Source of the DNA: Nemertoderma westbladi
Lineage: Eukaryota > Animalia > Xenacoelomorpha
Assembly (NCBI GenBank): GCA_032718475.1
Contig: JAUCBJ010001168.1
Span: 40,511 to 104,510, forward strand
DNA length: 64,000 bases
Reading direction: 5' to 3'
Under the pieces are notes generated by a model. The model made no database searches. It was not told the DNA's origin and saw only the letters and a list, made by a program, of their open reading frames with translations. Positions within the stretch are counted from its first letter, which is position 1. Every line of letters begins with the position of its first letter. The position numbers were made by a program, and so were the translations under genes. Of this stretch, positions 23,389 to 35,000 are shown piece by piece.

Positions 23389-26300
23389 ATGTCAGACGCA
23401 ACCCAATCACTGTCAGATAGTCTCTTAGAAAGTGTTAGAATGAGTATTAGACTTAGACAGCGTATTAAAAGGATCTGTGACCAAGATCAAAGTATAGAAC
23501 ATCCCAGATCCAAGTCTAAGTCACCTACTATTGTAAATAAGGCCATCCCTACAGTAGTAGTGTCAGACCCTAGGCTAGTAGAACAACGTAGGTCTATCAT
23601 CGGCACTCGGGCCCAAGTCAAGCGGGATCAAGAAGCAGCTGTCAAACCGCAGCAACATCCTAGCCAAGAACCTAGTTCTCAGCGGCCCGATAGCTCCAGT
23701 AGTTCGGATACTGCTGAGCGGACACCCGAAAGCGGAGCGAAGATGGCGGATACGGTTTATGATGAGCGGCCAACCTATGAAGAATCAACCGACGCCACTT
23801 CTTCTCAAGTGGAAAGCGAAGTGGAAAGCGAAGTGGAAAGCGAATTAACAGCAGCAGAGAAGCCGCAAACTAGAGACGCCATTGACATTTATCTGTCAGA
23901 CTATCAGCGATTCCTAGGAGACGAAGAGTTGAGGAGACGACTGTCTGGACTTCGCCCTAATAGTGAAGGAACCAAGCTTGTGTTGGACGCAATCGATGCG
24001 GAAATGTTAGCTGCAGAACAAGCTAAATTTGATGAAAAACTCCGCCTCGTTAGAGTCCAAGAAGAACAAATAAAGAAAAAACAGATAGAGGACCGAAAGG
24101 CAGCAGCAGTAAAGGCGGCAGAAGCAGAAGCAGCAAAGGCGGCGGCAGAAGTAGAAGCCGAAAGAAAGGCAGCGGAAGTAGAAGCAAAAAGAAAGGCAGC
24201 GGTAGCAGAAGCAGAAAGAAAGGCGGCAGCGGCAATGGCAAAGGCAGTGGCAGAAGCAGAACGGAGAGCGTCTGAGGAGATTGCCCAACTGGAGTTGGAA
24301 AATCTGCAAGAGACGCAGGACGGCATAAATAGACGGTTAACTGCTAATCAAATGCGGATGATGAGTCGATCTACTCCCAAGCGCCAAGGATACACATCAT
24401 CGGAGGAAGGCGAGACCACCGATCCTGAGGGCGGAGGAAATAGATCTCGTCTAAGCAGGCGTAGAAAAACATCTCACCGTCATAAACTGCCTGATTTGCC
24501 CCCAGCTGTCAGAAGACAACTAGCTAGCACAGACTTAGGTAGTACAGAACCCACAGAACAAATTATTCAGGTCACAAGACTCCCTACAATAGTTGATGAG
24601 CCTGAAATAATTAGGCCTGTCGTTCCCAAAGCCACTCCTGTGCTAGAGACCCCTGTACTTCCAGAGCTTAACTCTAAATTCCCTCTACACAGTACTACAC
24701 TGCCTGTACCCGGTAGAACAGTCCATGAGAACCTCCCTGTCCTGGACGCCGAGAGAGAAATCAAGGATTTGTCTCCCGTCGTCCCGCGTCAGCCCGCTAC
24801 AATGTTGGCGACTCCCGCTTCGGCGGTTGAGTGGGTAGAGGAGGGACGGCGGGGGATGAATCTCCTGCTCGGACAGATGCAGGAGACTGTCCACCAATTT
24901 AAGGGAACAGTAAGGGAAGGTAGGGCCGAATTGCAAGAAGTGCAGCAAAGTAACGCGCTAGAACGCGACAAATTAGTCAACATACCAAAGGGTATACCCA
25001 TACCCCCTGTAACATTGTGTCAACCTGTTAGGTCTGAAGTATTACATGCGCAAGGTGTGGAGCCTACACGCATCTATACTGCTAGTGAAGTAGAAACCCC
25101 TATAGCAAACCCTATTAAGGGTGATTATAGACCTGTTGTTAATGATGTTCCCTATAGACCTGATAATGATCCGAGAAATTTATATACCGATAATTCGATA
25201 TTAAATAACACGATGGCCCAAGAAAGCTTTACGCGTCAGATGGCTAGAACAGAAGCCCGCCAAGCGGTCAAAGTGGGAGAGATCGTTAAATTCAATGGAG
25301 ATGAGATGAAATGGCTACCTTTCCATGAATATTACAAAGATAGCATACAAAACTCTGTACTATCTAACGGAGAGAAACTTAGGTTCCTCATCAAGTGCTT
25401 GGAAGGACCTCCCAGGTTAATGGCGTTAAAGTTTATTGGACATCCAGATGGATTAAGACAAGTTTGGGATACATTAAACATCAGGTATGGTAACAAAGAT
25501 AACATAGCTAAGTATTTGTATGCAAAATTAGTAGCCCCCCGACACTTCCTTAGTAGCGGGATTATAGAGTTTTCCGATGAAATTCAGGAAATCTGTAGAC
25601 AATTGGACTGGTTAGGTAAGTCTCATGAATATCAGAGTTCCATGGTTATTGGAGCAGTAGTCTCTACTTTACCCAAGGGTGGAGTATGTACACGTTGGGA
25701 CAAGAAGGTGTTGTACATGAATGAACAACAACGACGAAGCCCTACCATGACTGATCTCATGTCCTTCTTAGATGGTGAAGTTAAACTACAACTCATCAAG
25801 CAGTCCAGAGAGAAAACATCGGAAAATAAGGTAAGTGAGAAACCTGCTTCTAGGAGAAGAGTAACACCGGTGTGTTACACTGACGACGGCGAAAGCCAAG
25901 CTTCTCAAGAAGAGGACAGCGGGAAAGACACAGCAAAATCTTACTATGACAACAAGACCTATAAAGACGTAAGTAAATACAAGTCTCGAATCAGTGACAG
26001 GAGAGAACAGGTAACAACAACTCCTCCTACGTCTCCTAAGAGAATTCACGGAAGAAAGCCCGAAGAAAGAACGAGAGTGCATAACGTTACCCAAGGTAAG
26101 GTGAGTGACATAAAACCTAACTGTGCGCTGTGCGACGGGACCCACCGTTTGAGTGCGTGTGCTGAATTTCTAAAGAAATCCCCTGTAGACAGACGTACAG
26201 TCCTGTGGAATAAGCGGTTATGCTATAATTGCCTCAGATCAGGACACCAACGGCGAACCTGTTACTCCGACGTAAAGTGTGCAAAGTGTGGCGCGAAACA

Positions 26301-27555
26301 TCACATCTTGTTACACAGTGAGTTCGAACGAGACAACCCGAGTCAGGTAAGTGAGCCCGAACTACATGTCCAATTCAGTGATGTAAATGACACTGATCAA
26401 GAGTCTGAGATGGAAGGATTCTATACTGACGAATTCTCCGACGCCAACGAATCCTGTTACCTAATAAATACCTCAGTGTATCGAGCACTTACTTATGAAA
26501 AGGACACCAACAATGAGTTTCCCCCAACTACTTTTGCCAAACAACCATCTTGGAAAGCTCCAACTTCCAACGTAGGAATCAGAGAATTTCCTGTAGTGCA
26601 GGTAAGAGTTCATGGTCCTAACAAAAGTTACATAGTGAACGCCCTCCTTGACTCCGGCAGCACAGGAACATTCATCGATCAAGAACTAGCCGAAGATATT
26701 TTTGCTGGACAACCCAAATTCCGGACTAAATTGAATATGTCAGGAATCATGCAGGTTTGGAAATCTACCCTAACGACAGACTACTATGTAGGTGCGTTGT
26801 CCACCCCCCAGGATAAATTAGGAGCACAAAGTATAAGGTCAGTAAAAATGGTGGCTATAAAGAACTTCGCTACTACCCAAGCAGACCTTTATAATTGGGA
26901 CGAGGATGAGAGCATCCAACATCTTAAGATACCTCGATTCCAGACAGATTATCCTGGAGTGCAAATACTCATCGGCCAAAACGCGCATGAGGCGCTCGAG
27001 ACATTGGAGAAACGGCCTGCTCAACCGCAGCCACTACAAACCTATGCGGTAAGAACTAGAGTAGGTTGGTACTTCACTGGCCCTTCCCGTAGAACTCTCA
27101 AAGAGAGATTACCTCAACAACAGGTATACCAAGTAAAGGAATGGGAAGTGGAGAGCAGTGATGTGGACGATCCAACTGAGGGAACACCATACTCCTCAGA
27201 TAATGACGATATTAACTCCAATGTAGATCAATGGAGACATTGCCTTGGGACGATTAATCCAGCCGACATCGCTTCCAGAGGAGCAACTCCTCAAGAACTG
27301 ATAGATACTCCAGGCTGGTTAGGTGGATCCGACTTCTTAAGTAAAGAAGAAGAAGAATGGCCTCCTCATCTTACCCCGGCGGAGATTAGACAGGCCAAGG
27401 GAGCGGAGAAAATAATACAACAACTCAATCCCCCAGCTGGTCGTTTATGTTTACTGGAAAGAGACCGAAAACTGTCCGGAAACTATGGAAGGCAAGATAC
27501 TCTTCCTACGACCACTTCCCTAATCCGACAAATATCTAGGGACTCCATAACGTAA
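23389..27555 (+). CDS. gag: Gag-protease of A, fused in frame to short RNase H-region and C-terminal remnants
   Basis: Coiled coil; KFNGD...W..F gag core; zinc knuckles CALCDGTHRLSAC, CYNCLRSGHQRRTC, CAKCGAKHHILLH; protease LLDSGS; then NPADIASRG and RLCLLE. Confidence 0.9.
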   Translation: MSDATQSLSDSLLESVRMSIRLRQRIKRICDQDQSIEHPRSKSKSPTIVNKAIPTVVVSDPRLVEQRRSIIGTRAQVKRDQEAAVKPQQHPSQEPSSQRPDSSSSSDTAERTPESGAKMADTVYDERPTYEESTDATSSQVESEVESEVESELTAAEKPQTRDAIDIYLSDYQRFLGDEELRRRLSGLRPNSEGTKLVLDAIDAEMLAAEQAKFDEKLRLVRVQEEQIKKKQIEDRKAAAVKAAEAEAAKAAAEVEAERKAAEVEAKRKAAVAEAERKAAAAMAKAVAEAERRASEEIAQLELENLQETQDGINRRLTANQMRMMSRSTPKRQGYTSSEEGETTDPEGGGNRSRLSRRRKTSHRHKLPDLPPAVRRQLASTDLGSTEPTEQIIQVTRLPTIVDEPEIIRPVVPKATPVLETPVLPELNSKFPLHSTTLPVPGRTVHENLPVLDAEREIKDLSPVVPRQPATMLATPASAVEWVEEGRRGMNLLLGQMQETVHQFKGTVREGRAELQEVQQSNALERDKLVNIPKGIPIPPVTLCQPVRSEVLHAQGVEPTRIYTASEVETPIANPIKGDYRPVVNDVPYRPDNDPRNLYTDNSILNNTMAQESFTRQMARTEARQAVKVGEIVKFNGDEMKWLPFHEYYKDSIQNSVLSNGEKLRFLIKCLEGPPRLMALKFIGHPDGLRQVWDTLNIRYGNKDNIAKYLYAKLVAPRHFLSSGIIEFSDEIQEICRQLDWLGKSHEYQSSMVIGAVVSTLPKGGVCTRWDKKVLYMNEQQRRSPTMTDLMSFLDGEVKLQLIKQSREKTSENKVSEKPASRRRVTPVCYTDDGESQASQEEDSGKDTAKSYYDNKTYKDVSKYKSRISDRREQVTTTPPTSPKRIHGRKPEERTRVHNVTQGKVSDIKPNCALCDGTHRLSACAEFLKKSPVDRRTVLWNKRLCYNCLRSGHQRRTCYSDVKCAKCGAKHHILLHSEFERDNPSQVSEPELHVQFSDVNDTDQESEMEGFYTDEFSDANESCYLINTSVYRALTYEKDTNNEFPPTTFAKQPSWKAPTSNVGIREFPVVQVRVHGPNKSYIVNALLDSGSTGTFIDQELAEDIFAGQPKFRTKLNMSGIMQVWKSTLTTDYYVGALSTPQDKLGAQSIRSVKMVAIKNFATTQADLYNWDEDESIQHLKIPRFQTDYPGVQILIGQNAHEALETLEKRPAQPQPLQTYAVRTRVGWYFTGPSRRTLKERLPQQQVYQVKEWEVESSDVDDPTEGTPYSSDNDDINSNVDQWRHCLGTINPADIASRGATPQELIDTPGWLGGSDFLSKEEEEWPPHLTPAEIRQAKGAEKIIQQLNPPAGRLCLLERDRKLSGNYGRQDTLPTTTSLIRQISRDSIT

Positions 27556-29181
27556 TAACATATGGAGTGGGCGTGTGACTATATCATTTTATATTTTTTT
27601 TTATTTTATATTTATGTATGTATTATTATGTAATTTTATTATAATCGTTTTCTTTAATTTTATTTAGTAGAATGTTATTTTAGGGATTATTTAGTAGATT
27701 AGTGCAATATATTAGTGTTTATTACGTACGTAATTACTTATAATATATATTTAGTGCGACGGCGAGAAATAATTATTTTTTCTCTTTCCTTACTGTCCGT
27801 ATCATATTATAAATACGTGACTACAGTAAGATGAAATGTCCGTACTTATTAAAGTACAATAAAGCTCCTACTATACTTAAGTATTATTGGTAGGCAGAGT
27901 ATTAGGAATGCAAAGTTCAGATCCTCGTGTCTCGGCTAAACCAAGCTCTGGGTAGACCTTGGAAACGACTTGCCTCTTCACACTGACATTGCTTCGTGCG
28001 ATATTGCTCTCATACCATATATAATAATACATATAGTAGCGTGATGTCCCTCTAACAGTAGCGTGAAACGCAAATAAATCTGTTAAACCTTTTGACCATC
28101 TGTAATTCTAGTCGATTAAGATATCGCGGCACCCACCGATATACTTGAAAGACAAATTCTAGAACCAGTGGTTAACGTCCCCAGACAAGTTCTGGAATAA
28201 ATCGGTGCCCATCTTAAATATTAATTAATATTTATTAAAATCTGTAAAATTCGGATCCTTTAAAATTTCTAGTCAATTAAGATATCGCAGCACTTACCGA
28301 TACTCTTAAAAGACAATTTTATAGAATTAAAGATCCTCAGTCCCCAGACATGCTCTGGAATAAAAATTGTGTCAATTTTAACATCAAATAATAAAATTCA
28401 CGGGAATAAATTTAAATTCATATTTTAAATGAATTTCATAAATTGTCATTTTGTGCAATTTATAACATTCCCAAAGTTCCATTAATTAATAGATCATGGG
28501 AGCGGAGATTCATCCTATTGAGTGTATTAGAGTGCGAGAATCTCCAACATATAGTCAATAGCCGATAAAATTAATAAAATCATGCATAAAGAGGATATTG
28601 ACAATTAAAGAATTATTATTAAATAGCATCCCAGATCTGTATGCATGAGAATTACCCTAATTCTACCGCTAGCATTCCATAATGTCACCATAGCAACACC
28701 CACGCTAGAATTAGAAGCAAGTTAAAAGAACAATAGAAAGCTTGTCCCATTGCATAGCATAGAGAATATAGCACACGGTTAGTATCCAAGGATACACAGT
28801 AATAACGTGACATTCTGGAAGGCACTGACTAACGGACAAATGGCCTGTATGTGTACAATTGGTGACAGTTGTGTGGAATTTGTGCGTTTGTAGGTGAATG
28901 TTACTGCTAAGGTGTGTTTACAGTAGCTAGTCGCAATTGTGAAAGTAACCCAACTCTCCTATAGAAAGAACCTAAAGTGGATTCAAGCCTTTGGGACAGA
29001 CAGTGGAGTGACTTGTGCCGGTTATCGTTGTCGTACTGTTGCTACATGTTGGTGTAAACACCGCGACAACGGTACATCGGCGCTGAGGATCCCACTGTCC
29101 GGGGGCAAAGAGAGGTAGGCAGCGACGTCCGCTCGCCTAAACATAAACTCATTTCGATATTAACAAACTCAGATAGCAGAT

Positions 29182-30630
29182 ATGACGGAGTTGATAGAAG
29201 ATGATCTTGGTATCAAGGAGCGATATACTCTACCTTTGCAAGCATTTGTGGATAGCTTAATACGCGGTGAAGCCGATCCAACCATTACGGAGGACGATGG
29301 TCGTTATATCGAACCGCCGATGTCCCAAGAGCAACTTGCACGTGAATTGGACTATCGAAAATCCACCGCGCGCTATACGCATCGTAATAGTACGTATATG
29401 GACTTCCTAACTACCGGCCATCCTATCGATTTACATGATACGGACGATGTAGACACCTAAAGGGAAATGATCCTATTTAAATATCATACCCAGCGGAGTC
29501 GGAACGATAAACCGAGAATAGATCACGAAAATTCTATTCGTAACAGACTGGGAAGACGAACCAATATGCCTAGAATCTGAGGAGATTCAGCCTATCGCGC
29601 CCGGAACAGCGACAACGATTACATCCTAGAATGGTATCAAGGTCCACAGTGTCTCACTGCGTACGATTATCGACATGCCAACTATGTTTCTAGGCAACGT
29701 TGTCGGTTATGCGCATCGAGAGACCACGATACGCCCATGGACACCAACGTCCGCTGTTCCTATTTCCAAGAACAACCGACTATGGAAATTTATTGCGCAT
29801 ATTGCAGACTCAACAACCTGCATATCTTTGCGGTTTGCCCTCAATTTATGACTCAATGTCACCATTGTCAACTAAAGGGACATGCTAGTTTCGACTGCCC
29901 TTTTAATCACGATTTGGAAAGCGTAGATGAAATGATCACACTGCGTTACATCAGAGCTTGGGAAGCGAACGCTGATTTACATTGTGATTCGCGCCATCGC
30001 TATTATCCCGGACGCGCTTACGAAGGAGTTTATGCGTTCCATCCTTATCTATTCGCTTCGGTTGAACAGAAATCACGCATATCAAGTTACGAGCTACTGA
30101 AGCGCGTCGGAGAATGTATTTCAACCAAATTCGTACGCAAATTTCTCAGGAGTGTTAATCCTAGCGACCTTCATTCCTATAACTTAATCAATTATATCCG
30201 TCAGGATCCGGACTATGGAGACTTGTTTGTTAACTCACACCCTGAGTTACAGGAAGTATATCGACGGCCTTACGAATACCGAGCCCACGAACGCGAGTTG
30301 GAAAGGACCATTAAACCCCGGAAGTTTCTAACTGCCTATGGTCCACCCACGGCCATCGTTCAGACCACTCGTAAAGGACCCGTAAGAGCGGCTGTCTTGA
30401 AACGAGCTCTCAAAGCCGTTAGACCCCTCTCACCTGACGTTGATGTCAATCAACCCGGTACTTCGACTGACGGATACACCGACCATAATCCTACACCCTC
30501 TGATGCAATCATATTGCACCCTTCACCCAGGAGTTATAGCCCTCCTTGTAAAGTGGCTCGCCCCAAAGAGAAAAGGACTCTGGCTAGCTTTAAAAAACTG
30601 CGTAAACGCCGTCCGCGCGAGAAAGACTAA
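29182..30630 (+). pseudogene. Accessory ORF after pol in A (one ~482-aa frame with two stops; intact part 29737-30630); three CCHC-type knuckles and a basic C-terminus
   Basis: ORFs 29182-29460 and 29737-30630 share a frame. Stops are TAA 29458 (AAA in B) and TGA 29578. Motifs CRLCASRDH..C, CAYCRLNNLHIFAVC, CHHCQLKGHASFDC, KKLRKRRPR. Confidence 0.7.
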
Positions 30631-30700
30631 CTGTTTAGAGTATTTACGTATATTAGAAACTGTGATTTTGTATATTTTATAGACTCAAATCCCATTTTCT

Positions 30701-30708
30701 GGGAGCGG
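30701..30708 (+). promoter_or_regulatory. Polypurine tract of A (GGGAGCGG)
   Basis: Directly precedes the 3' LTR TG. B has GGGAGTGG at the same position. Confidence 0.75.
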
Positions 30709-31972
30709 TGTAAAAGCTTCTGTGGGATATAACTGGCCCCTTTGCTTTGCAATCCAGTTTCCCCCCAGGCGCTGGAATACTCTAAAAAGGTTCTCTAACT
30801 GTATATATATTCCCCTCGACCTCAAGGTACCGTTACAGGTGTTTTAACGGACATAAAAGGCATTCTGCTATCTACGTGTTTTAGCGGACATGGTAAGACA
30901 AAAAACCTGCAATGCGACAAATACCTTTCATAGCTTAGCCGTGATGATTCATATTACGACATCTAACAGCTGGTTGCTGACATGGAAACAGCCATTGGAC
31001 GCATGGTTCTTTGTTTGGCTTGAACCAATCAGAGCGATTTTTCCTGTCGACGTGTAGCTTTTCGGTCGATCATAAGGAGTGTGTTCAGTCTTACAGTTTT
31101 TACTTGATACTTTGTTGTTATTGCTGTCTAGGCCAGGAACAACGGCTCTAGAATCAATTCGTTTCATACTTTTAGAAGAAACATTAGTAGGCTTAAATTA
31201 TAGAGCGTATGACTGTTATCGATTCATATCAATGCATAACAATACTTTGTTCACATCTTGTCATATCATATCTTAACTTACCGTCCTAATGCTGTTTACT
31301 GTTGTGTTTTGGTTGAATATTATTTGGAGAACATATATAAAGAACCCAAATTTCCCAATTTTCTTGATACACTACAGGTTAGAGAGACGGGTTATATATA
31401 GCGATTGCGACTTATATTATTGTGGTTTGTAGTGAATTTAATGCTATTTGATAAGCACTACATTGGTCCGTTGCTGTTCTCTCTATATATGATAAAATTC
31501 ATTGATGGTCGGCAAATTAGTGAGCAGTATTGTGTGTTACCGGTAGTGTGCATGATTGTGATTGATAACTAAGCATTTCCTAAAGAATGCGCCTCATACG
31601 TGAATCTTAAGCCTTACCGACTTACCGTTGTGATTAGTATAAGTCATATCTCGGTTTACTTAGATAGAGCGCCACGTCCTAAAGGAACTGTTAATATTTC
31701 CCGAAAGTGAATAATATTAGTCAGAAATTAATTATTAACGATCAATCGAATAATACAATACAGTAAGCTTCACTGCAATAATAATTTAAGCCCTCAGAAT
31801 CCAGTCTCCCGGGATTATCCAGCGGGTGAATGGACGCGCACTAGGCTGGCTTCTGCTAATGTTGTGTTTATTGGTATTAAATATTTGTCATCTTCTAAAG
31901 TATATTTATAAACCAAAAGACATATAAATTTTGGCGGGTTAAACTGCTAAAGGTCTTCCAAAAGCGCGTACA
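30709..31972 (+). repeat. 3' LTR of element A (1264 bp)
   Basis: Near-identical copy of 19861-21123. Confidence 0.95.
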
Positions 31973-32037
31973 TATTACCTAGACTAGCTAACGTTTAATG
32001 TATTACCTAGAACAGCTAACATTTAATGTATTACCTA
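31973..32037. repeat. 28-bp satellite remnant between elements A and D
   Basis: About 2.3 units of TATTACCTAGA...ATTTAATG. Confidence 0.9.
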
Positions 32038-35000
32038 TGTTAGCTTATTCAATCCCGCCAACACCCCATAAAGTTATAAGCCGATAAGCAATATTGGGAG
32101 CCACGAGATTGGGCAACTAACCAACTCGTGCCATCCCAATAACAGTGGGAAGGAAGCACACAATAGAGGGTCAGGGGCCAAACCCCTAACCCAGAGAGAA
32201 CAGGTGGAGTGAACGGGAATACTCCACGGGGCGCCAACAAGGGCATTAACCAATCAGAGGGGGGGAATGGCATCGATTGAGTAGCAGTAAGACCACCGTG
32301 CAATATAACCAATAACCTATTAATCAGTGATTCAGTTATCTCAGTGCAGCAGTGCTAGCGTAGGGTACAGTCAATTAGTTTAGTTAGGGGATCACGGGAC
32401 TTTCAGTTACCGTATCCCGCCTTGTACACATTATATCTATATCTATATCCTATGCCCTATTATTATTATACACCGAACTTCAGAACTCAGTTACTTTATT
32501 TCACCCTTATACACGGCGGGGACGCGTGGACTAAATTACCACATCGGATAAATCGGGATCCCTCCTGGATCCTGTCACAGTAACTAAATCCGAGCTGCCG
32601 CCCTAGTTGAACATCAAGAACTGCAACCTAGCTAGCCGAATCATCAGCCACCAGACGAGATGAGTGAATCGGGCGAGACACCGACGCGGACCCCGGACGA
32701 AGATCAAACGATCCGCGAGGCCGTGACCAAGCGATACAGGCCCACGACACCGGAGCCATCGATAACGGGCGAACCGGAAGTTGAGGATGAGGGGGGCCTG
32801 GAACCCGAAGTCGAGCTAAGAGAGAAAGAGAGCGAGATGGAGGGAGATGGAGATGAGTCGACACGGAACGGAGAACGGCGCGCCGATGTCGCCGGCCAGC
32901 TACCGGCCGAGGGCGACGGGCGACCCACCGAAACGGCGACGGTGGGGCCGACGGTGCGACGCCGGACGCAAAGAGACAGCGGAGAGATCGGTACCGATGT
33001 CGCCGGCCAGCTACAGGCCGAGGGCGACGGACGGCCCACCGGAACGGCGACGGTGGAGCCGCAGGTACGACGCCGAACCCGGAGGGACGGAGGAGAGGTC
33101 GGCGACGAGGACGTCGGGGTTTCAGAGCGACTTCGACGGGCTTACATCGCGACCCGGAGACTACTAGAGAAGGCCAGAAAAGGGAAAACGGTAGACGAGG
33201 TGAGACTGAGAAAGCGACTAGGTGAGTCGGATAGACACTTTAATTATCTTATACGTTTTGGGCAAAGAGAACTAGCCGAAACGAGAGCACGTGAAATTGC
33301 CGAGGAACTGTTTAAACTATGGGAATGTGGGAGTATGGAACCTAGCATAGCGTCAGTGTACATAGGGCCATACTTGATCGATGCCCGGGGAGTAAAACCA
33401 GTGGGTTGGAGGGGACTCGAAGGGGGCGAATCCGAGGTTAACACCGAGGATTCGGCCTCGTCGGTCGGAGAAAGCTCCGGGAAGTGGGGGAAAGTTAGTA
33501 GGTCAGGAAGGCGGGGGAACTCCGTCGTAACCGATAAGTCTGTTACATCTTCCGCGAAAGAAAGAGCGGTGAGAAAAATAGGTGCCGCATACCGTCTCAG
33601 CATGGCAGAGCAAGGTCACAGGGAAATGGGGAAACGGCTAGAGGAGGGGAGAGAGCGGTTAGCGAGGGAAGCGGCATTGATTAGAGAAACCGGAGAGAAG
33701 GCCGAAAGGGCTTTGAAAAGCCTAAGGGAGTGTGATGAGATAGAGGAAAGGGAGTGTAGGGAGCGTGAGGCGAGAGAGGAAAGGGAACGCGAGGAGCGTG
33801 AGGCGAGAGAGGAAAGGGAACGCAGGGAGCGTGAGGCGGAACGCAAGGAGCGTGAGGCGAGAGAGGAAAGGAAACGCGAGGAACGTGAGGCAAGGGAGGA
33901 AAGGGAACGCAAGGAGCGTGAGACGGAACGCAAGGAGTATGAAGCGAGAAGGGAAAAGGAACGCAAGGAGTATGAAGCGAGAAAGGAAAGGGAACGCAAG
34001 GAGCGCGAGGCGAGACGAAGGGAGAGCGCTAGGAGCATAGTAGAGTCGGCCAGTCGGGACACCCAGGAGTGTGAGAAGAGAATGATAGAGGCTGAAAGAG
34101 AGAACAAGAAAATAGAGAGACTGCAGAGCGAGTTTGCGGGAAGTGAGATTAGACGGGCGCACGAGTTGCAAGTCGTGCAAGCAACGCCGTCTGAAAGCGG
34201 GGCCCGCTCGAGTATTTTTGAGGACCCGGGGGTCATAGATACATTTATTAATGCCCCACTGACAGGGACCGTACGACAGACCCAAAACTGGTGCGACCGT
34301 ACGGGCCGGGGGGGTAATGATAATAATGGTACAGTAGACGTTGTTAATATTGATAATACCGTATGGGACAACACTAATCAAACCTTTATTACAGGGAATG
34401 CTTTACATAGTGGTAGTAATTTAAATTTAAATCAGAACGCCCCTAGTATTAATGTAGGAAATAATTCTGATATTAATGTAGCTACGCAAAATAATTCAAA
34501 TAATCAAAATAATAACCCGAATTCGAATCTACAAAATAATTTAAATAACGCAATTACGCAAAATAATTCGAATAATTTAAATAATGACCTATGCCCGAAT
34601 TTACAAAATAATTCAGATAACGTGCAGAATAATATAAATAACTTTGTTCCCAACGAACAAAATAATTCCGTTTCCAATATGGGTGTTATTAATGTAAACA
34701 CGTCGGGCCTACATAACCAGGGAGCAGAGGGCCTGGTAGGCCACGTAGTTAGTAGACAGGGAGCAGAGGGCCTGGTAGGCCACGTAGTTGGTAGGGAGGG
34801 AGTAGAGGGCCTGGTAGGCCACGCAATAGCAGAGGGAGAGGCGGGGGTGAATGGACCCGACCGCAGTAGGGTTGATGTGTCGACTAGAGAGATATATAAT
34901 AGCGGGGAGAGAGGTAGCGAAGTTAGACGTAGCGAGTGGGGGGGGGCTACGAGAGCCCCACAACAGCGAATTAGCGGCGAAAAGGGGGGGGGGGCAGAGA

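Larger units (their letters stand above)
19861..31972 (+). mobile_element. BEL/Pao LTR retrotransposon A (complete, non-autonomous)
   Basis: TG...CA LTRs at 19861-21123 and 30709-31972; 5-bp TSD TATTA (19856-19860, 31973-31977); BEL-type gag-protease ORF; RT, most of RNase H and integrase deleted. Confidence 0.95.
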
